DNA of 15,727 nucleotides from an uncultured Erysipelotrichales bacterium (lineage in GTDB: Bacteria; Bacillota_I; Bacilli_A; Erysipelotrichales; CAZWEF01), in NCBI GenBank assembly GCA_964632125.1, contig CAZWEF010000040.1, forward strand, positions 1 through 15,727, given 5' to 3'. Position 1 is the stretch's first letter; each line of letters opens with the position of its first letter. Made by a program: the position numbers and the translations under genes. The notes under the pieces were generated by a model. It searched no databases. It saw only the letters and a list, made by a program, of their open reading frames with translations, and was not told where the DNA came from. Positions 14,314 to 15,727 of the stretch are shown here, piece by piece.

Positions 14314-15727
14314 ATGTTTAACAAGCAAAAAATTTGTTTACTAAGCGTAGTTTCGAGCTTGTTTATAATCAATTCATTTCAAACAATAAACGCTGTTAGG
14401 ATCGAAAAAAACACACCACACCACACAGTTGGCACTTTATTTACGCCAAAGGCGATTGTCAATACGACGATTGGTGGTATTGTTTATGAATTAGATGATA
14501 CAACATTAACTGCAAAAACGGTTGCCTACTCAGGCGTGTCTAGAGACATTGTTATTCCATCTTCTGTTCGTTACAATAATGTTGATTACAGTGTAAAAGA
14601 AGTTAGATTTTCAAGTTTCTATAACAAAAACTTAAGAACAGTTGTTGTGTCAGAAGGCATTACGACAATAGGAAATGATGCATTTGCTTTTAATGCATTA
14701 GAAAAAATAACACTCCCATCGACATTAACATCCATTGGGAACTATGCATTTGCGATTAATCAGTTAAAAAGTATAGAAATTCCAGAAAACCTTGTAAAAA
14801 TAGGTGACTATTCTTTTGCAGCCAATAAATTAGAAAACGTAGTCATCAAAAGTAACTTGTCAATGGTTGGTAAAAATGTGTTTTCAAATAGCCCACTTAC
14901 ACAGATTTTTTTATCGGACATTTCAACTGCACAAAGTCTCATCAATGCATTAAATGCAAATGCGATGCAAGGGATTACTGTTGCGACTACCTCTTTGTAT
15001 GCACTAAATAATGTATCCATTGATTATATAGAAGGTACGCTTGATTACTATGATTTGGCATATAACCAAACTCAAGAACTTGTTGTAAACACATATATTC
15101 CAGAAATTAAACGGTATAGTCAAGATGAAGATACGTGGTTGGATTTAATCGATAATCCGATTAGCCTAACCAATCAAGACATTAAATGGATCAATCAAAG
15201 TAACGAAATTGTTGGCACTGGGTATCGTTACATCGTAGTTGAATCTGGCGTTTACCATGCATTAGTTAATGATGCCGTTAAATTAAATGATATCACAGTT
15301 CAAATAAAAGCAAATGAATATACGGTTATATTTGATGCACAAGGGGGAATACCAACCCCACCAAATCAAACAGTTGTGGTTGGAGAGAGAATTGTTGAAC
15401 CAATCACACCAGAAAGGCTTGGGTATACATTAAAAAGCTGGAATACCACAAAAGATGGCAGTGGGGAGAATTGGGATTTCAATACCAATACAATGCCAGC
15501 AAATGATGTGACGTTATATGCCCAGTGGCATATTAATCAATATCATTTGTATTATGATTTGAATGGGGGAGAAGGAACTGATCCACAAACCCAAGACATT
15601 GAGTACGGTGCACTAATAAGTGAACCTAATACACCACAAAGAATTGGATATACATTTAGTGGTTGGAATACCACAAAAGATGGCAGTGGGGAGAATTGGG
15701 ATTTCAATACCAATACAATGCCAGCAA
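14314..15727 (+). CDS. Partial (3'-truncated by the window) secreted cell-surface protein with a signal peptide, BspA-type leucine-rich repeats and Listeria-Bacteroides repeat domains
   Basis: The N-terminus MFNKQKICLLSVVSSLFIINSFQTINA is signal-peptide-like. About 22-aa LRRs run in tandem (ITTIGNDAFAFNALEKITLPSTLTSIGNYAFAINQLKSIEIPENLVKIGDYSFAANKLENVVI). At least two roughly 75-aa repeats have the Listeria-Bacteroides pattern (Y.V.FD..GG......V..G..I.EP..P.R.GYTF.GWNT..DGSG..WDF.T..MPANDVTLYAQW). The frame is open to the window end. It is absent from the ORF track because no stop codon falls in the window. Confidence 0.8.
   Translation, partial: MFNKQKICLLSVVSSLFIINSFQTINAVRIEKNTPHHTVGTLFTPKAIVNTTIGGIVYELDDTTLTAKTVAYSGVSRDIVIPSSVRYNNVDYSVKEVRFSSFYNKNLRTVVVSEGITTIGNDAFAFNALEKITLPSTLTSIGNYAFAINQLKSIEIPENLVKIGDYSFAANKLENVVIKSNLSMVGKNVFSNSPLTQIFLSDISTAQSLINALNANAMQGITVATTSLYALNNVSIDYIEGTLDYYDLAYNQTQELVVNTYIPEIKRYSQDEDTWLDLIDNPISLTNQDIKWINQSNEIVGTGYRYIVVESGVYHALVNDAVKLNDITVQIKANEYTVIFDAQGGIPTPPNQTVVVGERIVEPITPERLGYTLKSWNTTKDGSGENWDFNTNTMPANDVTLYAQWHINQYHLYYDLNGGEGTDPQTQDIEYGALISEPNTPQRIGYTFSGWNTTKDGSGENWDFNTNTMPA
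15439..15502 (+). repeat. 64-nt perfect direct repeat, copy 1 (intragenic, 225-nt period, one 75-aa Listeria-Bacteroides repeat unit)
   Basis: TGGAATACCACAAAAGATGGCAGTGGGGAGAATTGGGATTTCAATACCAATACAATGCCAGCAA is identical at 15439-15502 and 15664-15727, including the wobble positions. Confidence 0.9.
15664..15727 (+). repeat. 64-nt perfect direct repeat, copy 2 (runs to the window edge and may continue beyond it)
   Basis: Identical to 15439-15502. The flanking repeat-unit sequence has diverged at both nucleotide and protein level. Confidence 0.9.

Noticed and set aside
15439-15727. CRISPR array or mobile-element terminal repeat
   Set aside because: The repeat is in-frame coding sequence of a protein repeat domain with a 225-nt period and only two copies. 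Spacer-repeat architecture is absent. No cas genes, transposases or integrases were seen anywhere in the window.

Overview
Low-GC (about 32%) Firmicutes-like chromosomal window. Its housekeeping content is a partial NAD(P)-binding oxidoreductase with a MarR regulator, a MarR-controlled MacB-type fused ABC exporter with a second MarR, a CIRCE-controlled groES-groEL operon, and a LysR regulator divergent from a split two-gene ChrA chromate-transporter pair. After the ChrA pair the window switches to an RNA-repair/defence-like cassette on the + strand. Two tandem, overlapping WYL-domain regulator genes (PafBC-like arrangement) are followed by a terminator. Next comes a structured intergenic element with a perfect tRNA T-arm (GCAGG-TTCGAGT-CCTGC), which I read as a tRNA-mimic / Y-RNA-like small RNA or a tRNA-fragment remnant. 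A translationally coupled three-gene operon follows: a cytoplasmic SPFH/band-7 protein, a Pol-beta-superfamily minimal nucleotidyltransferase, and the RNA ligase RtcB. A convergent Nudix hydrolase shares a bidirectional terminator with rtcB. The window ends in a partial secreted surface protein with BspA-type leucine-rich repeats and Listeria-Bacteroides repeats, two of which are identical at nucleotide level. The WYL-WYL / tRNA-like RNA / SPFH / NTase / RtcB locus is the most interesting candidate system. Several perfect palindromic operators and leader hairpins are also noted. Every call comes from reading the sequence and motifs by eye; no database searches were run.
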